From Escherichia coli (GTDB taxonomy: Bacteria; Pseudomonadota; Gammaproteobacteria; Enterobacterales; Enterobacteriaceae): DNA of 49,379 nucleotides. Both the position numbers and the translations under genes were made by a program. The notes beneath the pieces were generated by a model that saw only the letters and a list, made by a program, of their open reading frames with translations, was not told where the DNA came from and made no database searches. The DNA is taken from assembly GCF_003334315.1 (NCBI RefSeq), contig NZ_QOWR01000034.1; one strand, written 5' to 3'. Shown piece by piece: positions 14,336 through 26,475 of this stretch. How positions within the stretch are numbered: the stretch's first letter is position 1; every line of letters begins with the position of its first letter.

Positions 14336-15121
14336 TTAGCTGGCCTGCTTTTTCATCATACTGAGAATAAATAACAGTGCCGCACATAGCACCACCGACG
14401 GACCCGCCGGCGTATCGTAAACCGCGGAAAAGGTTAAACCGCCAGTCACTGCCACCATCCCCACCAAAACAGCGACACCAGCCATCTGTTCCGGCGTGCG
14501 GGCAAAGCGACGCGCAGTAGCAGCAGGAATAATCAGCAACGAAGTAATAATCAACGCACCGACAAATTTCATCGCTACACCAATCGTCAATGCCGTCACC
14601 AGCATCAATAACAATTTCACGCGCTGTAATTTCACACCATCAACAAACGCCAGATCCGGGCTAATCGTCATCGACAGCAAATTGCGCCATTGCCAGAACA
14701 AAATAGCCACCACGATGACCACGCCAATGGCGATGGAGATGAGATCTTCCGGCGTCACTGCCAGCAAATCACCGAACAAGTAAGCCATCAAATCAACACG
14801 AATATTAGACATCAGACTAACGACCACCAGGCCCAGCGACAGGGCACTGTGCGCCATAATCCCTAATAACGTGTCGATCGCCAGCTGTGGACGCTTCTCC
14901 AGCCATACCAGACCGCCCGCCAGCAGCAGCGTAACGGCAATCACCGCATAGAATGGATTCACGTCCAGCAACAAACCAAACGCGACGCCAAGTAATGAGG
15001 CATGAGCCAGCGTATCACCGAAATAAGACATACGACGCCAGACTACAAACGAACCCAGCGGACCCGCGGCACAGGCGAGCATGATCCCGGCTAACCAACC
15101 GGGAAATAATAATTCAATCAT
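14336..15121 (-). CDS. znuB: High-affinity zinc ABC transporter permease
   Basis: 261-aa polytopic membrane protein; start overlaps the znuC stop (ATGA at 15118-15121). Confidence 0.95.
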
Positions 15122-15873
15122 GAGCGATCATTTCCCCGACGCAAAACAATTCGTCCCTGTAAATCGTGACGATGATTATGATGATGGCGATAGATACCCA
15201 GTTGTTCAGCACCACGAGGACCAAACATTGAAATAAACTCCGGATGCAGGGAAACAACTTCCGGTGTGCCGGAACAACAAATGTGGTGATTCAGGCACAG
15301 CACTTCATCGGTTTTTGCCATCACCAGATGCAGATCGTGAGAAACCATTAAAACGCCACAATCCAGTTCGCGACGCAACTGGTCAATAAGGTCATATAAC
15401 GCCACCTGGCCATTTACATCCACGCCTTGAGTGGGTTCATCCAGCACTAATAATTGCGGGCGATTTAACAATGCTCGCGCTAACAGTACACGCTGCGTTT
15501 CGCCACCCGAGAGCTTTTGCATCGGTGCGTTAATCAGGTGGCCGGCCTGGACACGTTTCAGTGCAGGCAAAATATCTTCTTTATGTGTGCCAGGGCGTAA
15601 GCGTAAAAAACGGTTTACGGTCAGTGGCAACGTGGTGTCGAGATACAGCTTCTGCGGTACATAGCCGATGCGTAGTTTTCCGTTGCGCTTGATAACCCCT
15701 TCATCGGGTGTTACCAGCCCGAGCACTACCCGTACCAGTGTCGACTTACCTGCGCCATTTGGCCCAAGTAAAGTCAAAATTTTTCCAGGTTTAAGTTCCA
15801 GCGACACATCAGAGAGGACGCGGCGTTGGCCAAAAGAAACCGAGACATTTTCCAGGGAAACCAGACTTGTCAT
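15118..15873 (-). CDS. znuC: High-affinity zinc ABC transporter ATPase
   Basis: 251 aa; Walker [13 protein letters not shown] signature LSGGETQR, Walker B LLVLDEP. Confidence 0.95.
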
Positions 15874-15899
15874 GTTAATTTTAGTCTTGCAGTAGTCAT

Positions 15900-15922
15900 G
15901 AAATGTTATAATATCACACTTC
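15900..15922. promoter_or_regulatory. Zur operator in the divergent znuCB / znuA control region
   Basis: GAAATGTTATAATATCACACTTC is an AT-rich dyad resembling the Zur box GAAATGTTATA-N-TATAACATTTC, centred between the znuC and znuA starts. Confidence 0.7.
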
Positions 15923-15951
15923 TCATATTCATTACGATGATTGGTCGCATT

Positions 15952-16884
15952 ATGTTACATAAAAAAACGCTTCTTTTCGCAGCATTATCCGCCGCTCTCT
16001 GGGGCGGTGCAACACAGGCCGCAGATGCCGCCGTTGTCGCTTCGCTTAAACCCGTTGGGTTCATCGCTTCTGCCATTGCTGATGGGGTAACAGAAACGGA
16101 GGTTTTACTGCCTGACGGCGCTTCAGAACATGATTATTCACTGCGTCCATCGGATGTAAAACGCTTACAGAACGCGGACTTAGTCGTTTGGGTTGGCCCG
16201 GAGATGGAAGCGTTTATGCAAAAACCGGTAAGTAAATTACCAGAAGCGAAGCAGGTAACGATTGCGCAGCTTGAAGATGTGAAACCGCTACTGATGAAAA
16301 GTATTCACGGCGATGATGATGATCACGACCACGCGGAAAAAAGTGACGAAGATCACCATCACGGCGATTTCAACATGCATCTTTGGCTTTCCCCAGAGAT
16401 AGCGCGGGCTACAGCGGTTGCAATCCATGGAAAATTAGTGGAACTTATGCCGCAAAGTCGAGCCAAACTTGACGCCAACCTGAAGGATTTTGAGGCACAA
16501 TTAGCCTCAACCGAAACGCAGGTTGGTAACGAGCTCGCGCCGCTCAAGGGGAAAGGTTATTTCGTTTTTCACGATGCTTACGGCTATTTCGAAAAACAGT
16601 TTGGACTGACACCGCTTGGTCATTTTACCGTTAACCCTGAGATTCAACCTGGCGCGCAGCGTTTACATGAAATAAGAACACAGTTGGTTGAGCAAAAAGC
16701 AACCTGCGTTTTTGCTGAGCCACAGTTCAGGCCAGCGGTCGTTGAGAGCGTCGCACGAGGGACATCCGTTCGTATGGGAACGTTGGATCCCCTGGGGACG
16801 AATATCAAACTGGGTAAAACAAGCTATTCAGAATTCCTGAGTCAATTAGCCAACCAGTATGCGAGCTGCCTGAAAGGAGATTAA
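15952..16884 (+). CDS. znuA: Periplasmic zinc-binding protein ZnuA
   Basis: Start trimmed to ATG 15952 ([23 protein letters not shown] signal peptide), 310 aa; His/Asp-rich loop [19 protein letters not shown]. The track's upstream extension runs across the Zur operator. Confidence 0.92.
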
Positions 16885-16899
16885 TGAGGAAGTGATTAC

Positions 16900-18222
16900 G
16901 TGCAACAGATAGCCCGCTCTGTCGCCCTGGCGTTTAATAATTTACCGCGACCACACCGCGTTATGTTGGGGTCGCTCACCGTTCTTACTCTGGCCGTCGC
17001 TGTCTGGCGGCCCTATGTTTATCACCGCGATGCCACGCCAATTGTCAAAACCATTGAGCTGGAACAGAACGAAATTCGTTCGCTCTTACCTGAAGCCAGT
17101 GAGCCGATTGATCAAGCTGCACAAGAAGATGAAGCCATTCCTCAGGACGAACTGGATGACAAAATCGCCGGTGAAGCGGGCGTGCATGAATATGTTGTTT
17201 CCACTGGCGATACGCTAAGCAGCATTCTCAATCAGTATGGTATTGATATGGGTGATATCACCCAACTGGCTGCGGCCGACAAAGAATTGCGTAACCTGAA
17301 AATCGGTCAACAACTCTCCTGGACATTAACCGCGGACGGCGAACTGCAGCGCCTCACCTGGGAAGTGTCTCGTCGTGAAACCCGAACCTATGACCGTACT
17401 GCCGCTAACGGTTTTAAAATGACCAGCGAAATGCAGCAAGGAGAGTGGGTTAACAATCTGCTGAAAGGTACCGTCGGGGGGAGCTTTGTTGCCAGCGCCA
17501 GAAACGCCGGTTTAACCAGCGCCGAAGTGAGCGCAGTGATTAAAGCCATGCAGTGGCAAATGGATTTCCGCAAACTGAAAAAAGGCGATGAATTTGCGGT
17601 ATTAATGTCTCGAGAAATGCTTGATGGTAAACGTGAGCAAAGCCAGCTGCTGGGCGTACGTTTGCGTTCAGAAGGTAAAGATTATTACGCTATCCGCGCT
17701 GAAGATGGCAAATTCTACGATCGTAACGGTACTGGTCTGGCGAAAGGATTCTTGCGATTCCCGACGGCGAAACAGTTCCGTATCTCGTCTAACTTTAACC
17801 CGCGTCGTACTAATCCGGTGACCGGTCGCGTTGCACCACACAGAGGTGTTGATTTCGCCATGCCACAAGGTACGCCAGTGCTTTCAGTGGGTGACGGTGA
17901 AGTGGTGGTTGCCAAACGCAGTGGTGCAGCAGGTTATTATGTAGCTATTCGTCATGGTCGCAGCTACACCACGCGTTATATGCACTTGCGCAAGATTCTG
18001 GTGAAACCGGGACAGAAGGTGAAACGTGGCGACCGTATCGCGCTTTCCGGTAATACCGGACGTTCAACCGGGCCGCATCTGCACTATGAAGTATGGATAA
18101 ACCAGCAGGCCGTAAACCCGCTGACGGCAAAACTGCCGCGTACCGAAGGGCTGACCGGCTCCGATCGTCGCGAATTCCTGGCACAGGCCAAAGAGATTGT
18201 GCCGCAGCTACGGTTTGATTAA
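16900..18222 (+). CDS. mepM: Murein DD-endopeptidase MepM (YebA), LysM plus M23 peptidase
   Basis: 440-aa ORF starting at GTG 16900; LysM-like segment ([13 protein letters not shown]) and M23 motifs ([15 protein letters not shown]). Confidence 0.9.
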
Positions 18223-18238
18223 TTAACATCCATTCGCA

Positions 18239-18268
18239 GCCGGTACGCAGTCAGTACCGGCTTTTTTT
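18239..18268 (+). terminator. Rho-independent terminator after mepM
   Basis: GCCGGTAC, 7-nt loop, GTACCGGC, then TTTTTTT. Confidence 0.8.
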
Positions 18269-18341
18269 ATTTGGTGCGGGGCAAGTTGCGCCGCTACACT
18301 ATCACCAGATTGATTTTTGCCTTATCCGAAACTGGAAAAGC

Positions 18342-19313
18342 ATGGAAACGAAAAAAAATAATAGCGAATACATTCCTGAGTTTGATAAATCCTTTCGCCA
18401 CCCGCGCTACTGGGGAGCATGGCTGGGCGTAGCAGCGATGGCGGGTATCGCTTTAACGCCGCCAAAGTTCCGTGATCCCATTCTGGCACGGCTGGGACGT
18501 TTTGCCGGACGACTGGGAAAAAGCTCACGCCGTCGTGCGTTAATCAATCTGTCGCTCTGCTTTCCAGAACGTAGTGAAGCTGAACGCGAAGCGATTGTTG
18601 ATGAGATGTTTGCCACCGCGCCGCAAGCGATGGCAATGATGGCTGAGTTGGCAATACGCGGGCCGGAGAAAATTCAGCCGCGCGTTGACTGGCAAGGGCT
18701 GGAGATCATCGAAGAGATGCGGCGTAATAACGAGAAAGTTATCTTTCTGGTGCCGCACGGTTGGGCCGTCGATATTCCTGCCATGCTGATGGCCTCGCAA
18801 GGGCAGAAAATGGCAGCGATGTTCCATAATCAGGGCAACCCGGTTTTTGATTATGTCTGGAACACGGTGCGTCGTCGCTTTGGCGGTCGTCTGCATGCGA
18901 GAAATGACGGTATTAAACCATTCATCCAGTCGGTACGTCAGGGGTACTGGGGATATTATTTACCCGATCAGGATCATGGCCCAGAGCACAGCGAATTTGT
19001 GGATTTCTTTGCCACCTATAAAGCGACGTTGCCCGCGATTGGTCGTTTGATGAAAGTGTGCCGTGCGCGCGTTGTACCGCTGTTTCCGATTTATGATGGC
19101 AAGACGCATCGTCTGACGATTCAGGTGCGCCCACCGATGGATGATCTGTTAGAGGCGGATGATCATACGATTGCGCGGCGGATGAATGAAGAAGTCGAGA
19201 TTTTTGTTGGTCCGCGACCAGAACAATACACCTGGATACTAAAATTGCTGAAAACTCGCAAACCGGGCGAAATCCAGCCGTATAAGCGCAAAGATCTTTA
19301 TCCCATCAAATAA
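18342..19313 (+). CDS. lpxM: Lipid A biosynthesis myristoyltransferase (late acyltransferase)
   Basis: 323-aa ORF, LpxL/LpxM acyltransferase family; matches recalled LpxM (MsbB). Confidence 0.93.
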
Positions 19314-19336
19314 AAAAGCCTCTCGCGAGGAGAGGC
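19312..19336 (-). terminator. Hairpin plus U-run on the minus strand, terminator for pykA (may also stop lpxM read-through)
   Basis: GCCTCTC, GCGAG loop, GAGAGGC, flanked by AAAAAA on the top strand. Confidence 0.6.
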
Positions 19337-19402
19337 CTTCGCCTGATGATAAGTTCAAGTTTGCTTCAGAATATTCGAAATCTGTTGAACTATCATTGAA
19401 CT

Positions 19403-19436
19403 GTAGGCCGGATGTGGCGTTTTCGCCGCATCCGGC
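19403..19436. repeat. Single REP element between lpxM and pykA
   Basis: GTAGGCCGGATGTGGCGTTTTCGCCGCATCCGGC matches the REP consensus. Confidence 0.75.
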
Positions 19437-19443
19437 AACGTAC

Positions 19444-20886
19444 TTACTCTACCGTTAAAATACGCGTGGTATTAGTAGAACCCACGGTACTCATCACGTC
19501 GCCCTGGGTGACAATCACCAGGTCACCAGACATCAAGTAACCTTTATCGCGCAGCAGATTAACCGCTTCGCTGGCAGCTGCTACGCCGTCATTAGCGCTA
19601 TCAAAGTGCACCGGCGTAACGCCACGATAGAGAGCAGTCAGGTTCAGCGTACGTTCATGGCGCGACATGGCGAAAATTGGCAGACCAGAGCTGATACGGG
19701 AGGTCATCAGCGCGGTACGACCCGATTCGGTCATGGTGATGATCGCCGTAACGCCTTTCAGGTGGTTAGCTGCGTACATTGCTGACATGGCAATAGCTTC
19801 TTCCACATTGTCGAACTGAACGTCCAGACGGTGTTTAGAAACGTTGATGCTCGGGATTTTTTCCGCACCCAGGCAAACGCGCGCCATGGCTGCAACGGTT
19901 TCTGACGGATACTGCCCAGCGGCAGTTTCTGCAGACAGCATCACAGCGTCAGTACCATCCAGAACGGCGTTTGCTACGTCCATGACTTCTGCACGCGTCG
20001 GCATCGGGTTAGTAATCATTGACTCCATCATCTGGGTCGCCGTGATTACCGCTCGGTTTAGCTGACGCGCACGACGGATCAACGCTTTCTGAATGCCGAC
20101 CAGTTCCGGGTCGCCAATTTCCACACCGAGGTCGCCACGTGCAACCATTACCACGTCAGAGGCGAGGATGATGTCATCCATTGCATCCTGGCTGCAAACG
20201 GCTTCCGCACGTTCAACCTTGGCAACAATTTTCGCATCACATCCTGCATCGCGTGCCAGGCGACGGGCATAGTTCAGATCTTCGCCACAGCGTGGGAAGG
20301 AGACAGCCAGGTAATCTACGCCAATCAACGCCGCAGTCTTAATGTCTGCTTTGTCTTTTTCGGTCAGCGCTTCAGCCGACAAACCGCCGCCAAGTTTGTT
20401 GATACCTTTATTGTTGGAGAGGGGACCACCGACGGTGACTTCGGTGAACACTTTCATGCCCTGAACTTCCAGTACTTTTAACTGGACGCGACCATCGTCC
20501 AGCAGCAGGATGTCACCAGGCACGACGTCAGCAGGCAGGCCTTTGTAGTCGATACCGACTTTTTCTTTGTCGCCTTCACCTTTACCCAGGTTGGCGTCGA
20601 GCAGGAATTTATCCCCAATATTGAGGAAAACTTTGCCTTCTTTAAAGGTGGATACACGGATTTTGGGCCCCTGGAGGTCACCCAGAATAGCCACATGACG
20701 CCCCAGTTTTGCGGCAATCTCACGAACTTTATCCGCGCGCATTTTGTGATCTTCAGGCGAGCCGTGAGAAAAGTTCATACGTACAACGTTGGCACCCGCC
20801 GCGATAACTTTTTCAAGATTATTATCGCGATCTGTTGCTGGGCCTAACGTGGTAACGATTTTTGTTCTGCGAAGCCTTCTGGACAT
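19444..20886 (-). CDS. pykA: Pyruvate kinase II
   Basis: Start trimmed to ATG 20886 ([19 protein letters not shown]...), 480 aa; the track's 47-codon upstream extension overlaps the hexR 3' end. Confidence 0.95.
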
Positions 20887-21013
20887 GTAATACTCCGTTG
20901 ACTGAAACAACCAGGTGTTGCTTGAACATGAAATCCGAATGAAATAACGCCGCGATGGCGATAAATTAATCTCATTCGGATGTCGTATAAGATTAGGACA
21001 GTGACAGTCGTTT

Positions 21014-21883
21014 TTAGCGATCGTCACTTAAATTAAGTAACTGCTTATCAAAACGCGATTCCTTCAGCGCTTCCTTGACCCGCTTCAAGTTATCTCTGAA
21101 TTTTGCACCGCGTCGCAAAGTAAATCCTGTCGCCAGCACATCTATCACGGTCAGCTGTGCAAGTCGAGAAACCATGGGCATATAAATGTCAGTATCTTCC
21201 GGTACGTCGAGGGTAATTGCCAGCGTTGCTTCCCGGGCGAGCGGGGTACCCGCAGAGGTGAGAGCAATCACCATGGCGTCGTTTTCGCGTGCCAGCTGCG
21301 CCAGCTCGACCAGATTTTTTGTTCTTCCAGTGTGAGAAATCAGCACCACCACGTCTCCGTCGCTACAATTCATACAACTCATGCGTTGCAGCACGATATC
21401 ATCGGAGTACACCACCGGAACATTAAAACGAAAGAACTTATTCATCGCATCGTGGGCAACGGCGGCTGAAGAGCCTAATCCGAAAAAGGCGATTTTCTTT
21501 GCCTGAGTGAGCAAGTCGACGGCGCGGTTGATGGCAGATTTATCCAGTGAATGACGGACATGATCAAGCGTTGCCATTGCGGACTCAAATATTTTCCCTG
21601 TGTATGATTCAACGCTGTCATCTTCATTGACATTGCGATTAACATAGGGAGTGCCATTCGCCAGACTCTGTGCCAGATGAAGTTTAAAATCAGGAAAACC
21701 GCGCGTGTCCATGCTGCGACAGAAACGATTCACCGTCGGTTCGCTAACATTGGCTTCCAGTGCCATAGCAGCAATACTCGAATGGATCGCGTTATCGGGC
21801 GAAGCCAGAATGACCTCGGCAACTTTGCGCTCTGATTTGCTCAAATGTTCCAGCTGAGACTGGATTTTTTCCAGCATATTCAT
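21014..21883 (-). CDS. hexR: RpiR/HexR-family transcriptional regulator (HTH plus SIS domain)
   Basis: 289-aa ORF, divergent from zwf; matches recalled YebK/HexR. Confidence 0.88.
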
Positions 21884-22220
21884 GATGTAAAGAGACTCAC
21901 GGGTAATGACGATTTCCGCACTGAAAGAAATCGAAATGCAGTTTTGTCAGATATTACGCCTGTGTGCCGTGTTAATGACAAAAGCAGATAAAAAAGTTGT
22001 TATTTTTTTTCATAACATGATCAGTGTCAGATTTTTACCCAATGGAAAACGATGATTTTTTTATCAGTTTTGCCGCACTTTGCGCGCTTTTCCCGTAATC
22101 GCACGGGTGGATAAGCGTTTACAGTTTTCGCAAGCTCGTAAAAGCAGTACAGTGCACCGTAAGAAAATTACAAGTATACCCTGGCTTAAGTACCGGGTTA
22201 GTTAACTTAAGGAGAATGAC

Positions 22221-23696
22221 ATGGCGGTAACGCAAACAGCCCAGGCCTGTGACCTGGTCATTTTCGGCGCGAAAGGCGACCTTGCGCGTCGTAAATTGCT
22301 GCCTTCCCTGTATCAACTGGAAAAAGCCGGTCAGCTCAACCCGGACACCCGGATTATCGGCGTAGGGCGTGCTGACTGGGATAAAGCGGCATATACCAAA
22401 GTTGTCCGCGAGGCGCTCGAAACTTTCATGAAAGAAACCATTGATGAAGGTTTATGGGACACCCTGAGTGCACGTCTGGATTTTTGTAATCTCGATGTCA
22501 ATGACACTGCTGCATTCAGCCGTCTCGGCGCGATGCTGGATCAAAAAAATCGTATCACCATTAACTACTTTGCCATGCCGCCCAGCACTTTTGGCGCAAT
22601 TTGCAAAGGGCTTGGCGAGGCTAAACTGAATGCTAAACCGGCACGCGTAGTCATGGAGAAACCGCTGGGGACGTCGCTGGCGACCTCGCAGGAAATCAAT
22701 GATCAGGTTGGCGAATACTTCGAGGAGTGCCAGGTTTACCGTATCGACCACTATCTTGGTAAAGAAACGGTGCTGAACCTGTTGGCGCTGCGTTTTGCTA
22801 ACTCCCTGTTTGTGAATAACTGGGACAATCGCACCATTGATCATGTTGAGATTACCGTGGCAGAAGAAGTGGGGATCGAAGGGCGCTGGGGCTATTTTGA
22901 TAAAGCCGGTCAGATGCGCGACATGATCCAGAACCACCTGCTGCAAATTCTTTGCATGATTGCGATGTCTCCGCCGTCTGACCTGAGCGCAGACAGCATC
23001 CGCGATGAAAAAGTGAAAGTACTGAAGTCTCTGCGCCGCATCGACCGCTCCAACGTACGCGAAAAAACCGTACGCGGGCAATATACTGCGGGCTTCGCCC
23101 AGGGCAAAAAAGTGCCGGGATATCTGGAAGAAGAGGGCGCGAACAAGAGCAGCAATACAGAAACCTTCGTGGCGATCCGCGTCGACATTGATAACTGGCG
23201 CTGGGCCGGTGTGCCATTCTACCTGCGTACTGGTAAACGTCTGCCGACCAAATGTTCTGAAGTCGTGGTCTATTTCAAAACACCTGAACTGAATCTGTTT
23301 AAAGAGTCGTGGCAGGATCTGCCGCAGAATAAACTGACTATCCGTCTGCAACCTGATGAAGGCGTGGATATCCAGGTACTGAATAAAGTTCCTGGCCTTG
23401 ACCACAAACATAACCTGCAAATCACCAAGCTGGATCTGAGCTATTCAGAAACCTTTAATCAGACGCATCTGGCGGATGCCTATGAACGTTTGCTGCTGGA
23501 AACCATGCGTGGTATTCAGGCACTGTTTGTACGTCGCGACGAAGTGGAAGAAGCCTGGAAATGGGTAGACTCCATTACTGAGGCGTGGGCGATGGACAAT
23601 GATGCGCCGAAACCGTATCAGGCCGGAACCTGGGGACCCGTTGCCTCGGTGGCGATGATTACCCGTGATGGTCGTTCCTGGAATGAGTTTGAGTAA
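22221..23696 (+). CDS. zwf: Glucose-6-phosphate 1-dehydrogenase
   Basis: 491 aa; G6PD signature RIDHYLGKE and NADP-binding N-terminus [11 protein letters not shown]. Confidence 0.97.
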   Translation: MAVTQTAQACDLVIFGAKGDLARRKLLPSLYQLEKAGQLNPDTRIIGVGRADWDKAAYTKVVREALETFMKETIDEGLWDTLSARLDFCNLDVNDTAAFSRLGAMLDQKNRITINYFAMPPSTFGAICKGLGEAKLNAKPARVVMEKPLGTSLATSQEINDQVGEYFEECQVYRIDHYLGKETVLNLLALRFANSLFVNNWDNRTIDHVEITVAEEVGIEGRWGYFDKAGQMRDMIQNHLLQILCMIAMSPPSDLSADSIRDEKVKVLKSLRRIDRSNVREKTVRGQYTAGFAQGKKVPGYLEEEGANKSSNTETFVAIRVDIDNWRWAGVPFYLRTGKRLPTKCSEVVVYFKTPELNLFKESWQDLPQNKLTIRLQPDEGVDIQVLNKVPGLDHKHNLQITKLDLSYSETFNQTHLADAYERLLLETMRGIQALFVRRDEVEEAWKWVDSITEAWAMDNDAPKPYQAGTWGPVASVAMITRDGRSWNEFE

Positions 23697-23720
23697 TATC
23701 TGCGCTTATCCTTTATGGTT

Positions 23721-23737
23721 ATTTTACCGGTAACATG
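23721..23737 (+). promoter_or_regulatory. GntR-type operator upstream of edd
   Basis: ATTTTACCGGTAACATG contains the perfect palindrome TTACCGGTAA, as in GntR operators of gluconate genes. Confidence 0.55.
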
Positions 23738-23775
23738 ATCTTGCACAGATTGTAGAACAATTTTTACACTTTCAG

Positions 23776-23808
23776 GCCTCGTGCGGATTCACCCACGAGG
23801 CTTTTTTT
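23776..23808 (+). terminator. Rho-independent terminator after zwf
   Basis: GCCTCGTG, loop, CACGAGGC, then TTTTTTT. Confidence 0.8.
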
Positions 23809-23930
23809 ATTACACTGACTGAAACGTTTTTGCCCTATGAGCTCCGGTTACAGGCGTTTCAGTCATAAATCCTCTGAATGAAACGCGTTGTGAATCATCC
23901 TGCTCTGACAACTCAATTTCAGGAGCCTTT

Positions 23931-25742
23931 ATGAATCCACAATTGTTACGCGTAACAAATCGAATCATTGAACGTTCGCGCGAGACTCGCTCTGCTTATC
24001 TCGCCCGGATAGAACAAGCGAAAACGTCGACTGTTCATCGTTCGCAGTTGGCATGCGGTAACCTGGCACACGGTTTCGCTGCCTGCCAGCCAGAAGACAA
24101 AGCCTCTTTGAAAAGCATGTTGCGTAACAATATCGCCATCATCACCTCCTATAACGACATGCTCTCCGCGCACCAGCCTTATGAACACTATCCAGAAATC
24201 ATTCGTAAAGCCCTGCATGAAGCGAATGCGGTTGGTCAGGTTGCGGGCGGTGTTCCGGCGATGTGTGATGGTGTCACCCAGGGGCAGGATGGAATGGAAT
24301 TGTCGCTGCTAAGCCGCGAAGTGATAGCGATGTCTGCGGCGGTCGGGCTGTCCCATAACATGTTTGATGGTGCTCTGTTCCTCGGTGTGTGCGACAAGAT
24401 TGTCCCGGGTCTGACGATGGCAGCCCTGTCGTTTGGTCATTTGCCTGCGGTGTTTGTGCCGTCTGGACCGATGGCAAGCGGTTTGCCAAATAAAGAAAAA
24501 GTGCGTATTCGCCAGCTTTATGCCGAAGGTAAAGTGGACCGCATGGCCTTACTGGAGTCAGAAGCCGCGTCTTACCATGCGCCGGGAACATGTACTTTCT
24601 ACGGTACTGCCAACACCAACCAGATGGTGGTGGAGTTTATGGGGATGCAGTTGCCAGGCTCTTCTTTTGTTCATCCGGATTCTCCGCTGCGCGATGCTTT
24701 GACCGCTGCCGCTGCGCGTCAGGTTACACGCATGACCGGTAATGGTAATGAATGGATGCCGATCGGTAAGATGATCGATGAGAAAGTGGTGGTGAACGGT
24801 ATCGTTGCACTGCTGGCGACCGGTGGTTCCACTAACCACACCATGCACCTGGTGGCGATGGCGCGCGCGGCCGGTATTCAGATTAACTGGGATGACTTCT
24901 CTGACCTTTCTGATGTTGTACCGCTGATGGCACGTCTCTACCCGAACGGTCCGGCCGATATTAACCACTTCCAGGCGGCAGGTGGCGTACCGGTTCTGGT
25001 GCGTGAACTGCTCAAAGCAGGCCTGCTGCATGAAGATGTCAATACGGTGGCAGGCTTTGGTCTGTCTCGTTATACCCTTGAACCATGGCTGAATAATGGT
25101 GAACTGGACTGGCGGGAAGGGGCGGAAAAATCACTCGACAGCAATGTGATCGCTTCCTTCGAACAACCTTTCTCTCATCATGGTGGGACAAAAGTGTTAA
25201 GCGGTAACCTGGGCCGTGCGGTTATGAAAACCTCTGCCGTGCCGGTTGAGAACCAGGTGATTGAAGCGCCAGCGGTTGTTTTTGAAAGCCAGCATGACGT
25301 TATGCCGGCCTTTGAAGCGGGTTTGCTGGACCGCGATTGTGTCGTTGTTGTCCGTCATCAGGGGCCAAAAGCGAACGGAATGCCAGAATTACATAAACTC
25401 ATGCCGCCACTTGGTGTATTATTGGACCGGTGTTTCAAAATTGCGTTAGTTACCGATGGACGACTCTCCGGCGCTTCAGGTAAAGTGCCGTCAGCTATCC
25501 ACGTAACACCAGAAGCCTACGATGGCGGGCTGCTGGCAAAAGTGCGCGACGGGGACATCATTCGTGTGAATGGACAGACAGGCGAACTGACGCTGCTGGT
25601 AGACGAAGCGGAACTGGCTGCTCGCGAACCGCACATTCCTGACCTGAGCGCGTCACGCGTGGGGACAGGACGTGAATTATTCAGCGCCTTGCGTGAAAAA
25701 CTGTCCGGTGCCGAACAGGGCGCAACCTGTATCACTTTTTAA
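23931..25742 (+). CDS. edd: Phosphogluconate dehydratase (Entner-Doudoroff)
   Basis: 603-aa ORF, IlvD/Edd dehydratase family; followed by eda. Confidence 0.97.
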   Translation: MNPQLLRVTNRIIERSRETRSAYLARIEQAKTSTVHRSQLACGNLAHGFAACQPEDKASLKSMLRNNIAIITSYNDMLSAHQPYEHYPEIIRKALHEANAVGQVAGGVPAMCDGVTQGQDGMELSLLSREVIAMSAAVGLSHNMFDGALFLGVCDKIVPGLTMAALSFGHLPAVFVPSGPMASGLPNKEKVRIRQLYAEGKVDRMALLESEAASYHAPGTCTFYGTANTNQMVVEFMGMQLPGSSFVHPDSPLRDALTAAAARQVTRMTGNGNEWMPIGKMIDEKVVVNGIVALLATGGSTNHTMHLVAMARAAGIQINWDDFSDLSDVVPLMARLYPNGPADINHFQAAGGVPVLVRELLKAGLLHEDVNTVAGFGLSRYTLEPWLNNGELDWREGAEKSLDSNVIASFEQPFSHHGGTKVLSGNLGRAVMKTSAVPVENQVIEAPAVVFESQHDVMPAFEAGLLDRDCVVVVRHQGPKANGMPELHKLMPPLGVLLDRCFKIALVTDGRLSGASGKVPSAIHVTPEAYDGGLLAKVRDGDIIRVNGQTGELTLLVDEAELAAREPHIPDLSASRVGTGRELFSALREKLSGAEQGATCITF

Positions 25743-25778
25743 GACGACAAATTTGTAATCAGGCGAGAGAAAACTCTG

Positions 25779-26420
25779 ATGAAAAACTGGAAAACAAGTG
25801 CAGAATCAATCCTGACCACCGGCCCGGTTGTACCGGTTATCGTGGTAAAAAAACTGGAACACGCAGTGCCGATGGCAAAAGCGTTGGTTGCTGGTGGGGT
25901 GCGCGTTCTGGAAGTGACTCTGCGTACCGAGTGTGCAGTTGATGCTATCCGTGCTATCGCCAAAGAAGTGCCTGAAGCGATTGTGGGTGCTGGTACGGTG
26001 CTGAATCCACAGCAGCTGGCAGAAGTCACTGAAGCGGGTGCACAGTTCGCAATTAGCCCGGGTCTGACCGAGCCGCTGCTGAAAGCTGCTACCGAAGGGA
26101 CTATTCCTCTGATTCCGGGGATCAGCACTGTTTCCGAACTGATGCTGGGTATGGACTACGGTTTGAAAGAGTTCAAATTCTTCCCGGCTGAAGCTAACGG
26201 CGGCGTGAAAGCCCTGCAGGCGATCGCGGGTCCGTTCTCCCAGGTCCGTTTCTGCCCGACGGGTGGTATTTCTCCGGCTAACTACCGTGACTACCTGGCG
26301 CTGAAAAGCGTGCTGTGCATCGGTGGTTCCTGGCTGGTTCCGGCAGATGCGCTGGAAGCGGGCGATTACGACCGCATTACTAAGCTGGCGCGTGAAGCTA
26401 TAGAAGGCGCTAAGCTGTAA
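25779..26420 (+). CDS. eda: KHG/KDPG aldolase
   Basis: 213-aa ORF; matches recalled Eda. Confidence 0.97.
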   Translation: MKNWKTSAESILTTGPVVPVIVVKKLEHAVPMAKALVAGGVRVLEVTLRTECAVDAIRAIAKEVPEAIVGAGTVLNPQQLAEVTEAGAQFAISPGLTEPLLKAATEGTIPLIPGISTVSELMLGMDYGLKEFKFFPAEANGGVKALQAIAGPFSQVRFCPTGGISPANYRDYLALKSVLCIGGSWLVPADALEAGDYDRITKLAREAIEGAKL

Positions 26421-26426
26421 AAGTCA

Positions 26427-26455
26427 AAATGCCCGATCGAGGATCGGGCATTTTT
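26427..26455. terminator. Bidirectional terminator between convergent eda and purT
   Basis: AAAATGCCCGATC, GAG loop, GATCGGGCATTTTT. Confidence 0.85.
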
Positions 26456-26475
26456 GTAGCGTTTTTTTGCCGGGT

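Noticed and set aside
20887-21027. N-terminal extension of pykA in the ORF track (47 extra codons); similar extensions for znuA (15826-15951), yecN (6076-6234), yebQ (48259-48369), holE, yebW, letB, prc and msrC
   Set aside because: The extensions run into neighbouring genes or operator sites (for example the Zur box), lack Shine-Dalgarno sequences, and give proteins longer than the conserved family length. Internal ATG/GTG starts with an RBS were used instead.
22452-23420. 322-aa ORF antisense to zwf (and nested 121-aa and 92-aa ORFs)
   Set aside because: It is wholly inside the strongly conserved zwf gene on the opposite strand. The translation is low-complexity and Arg/His/Phe-rich with no RBS, typical of antisense frames in GC-balanced coding DNA.
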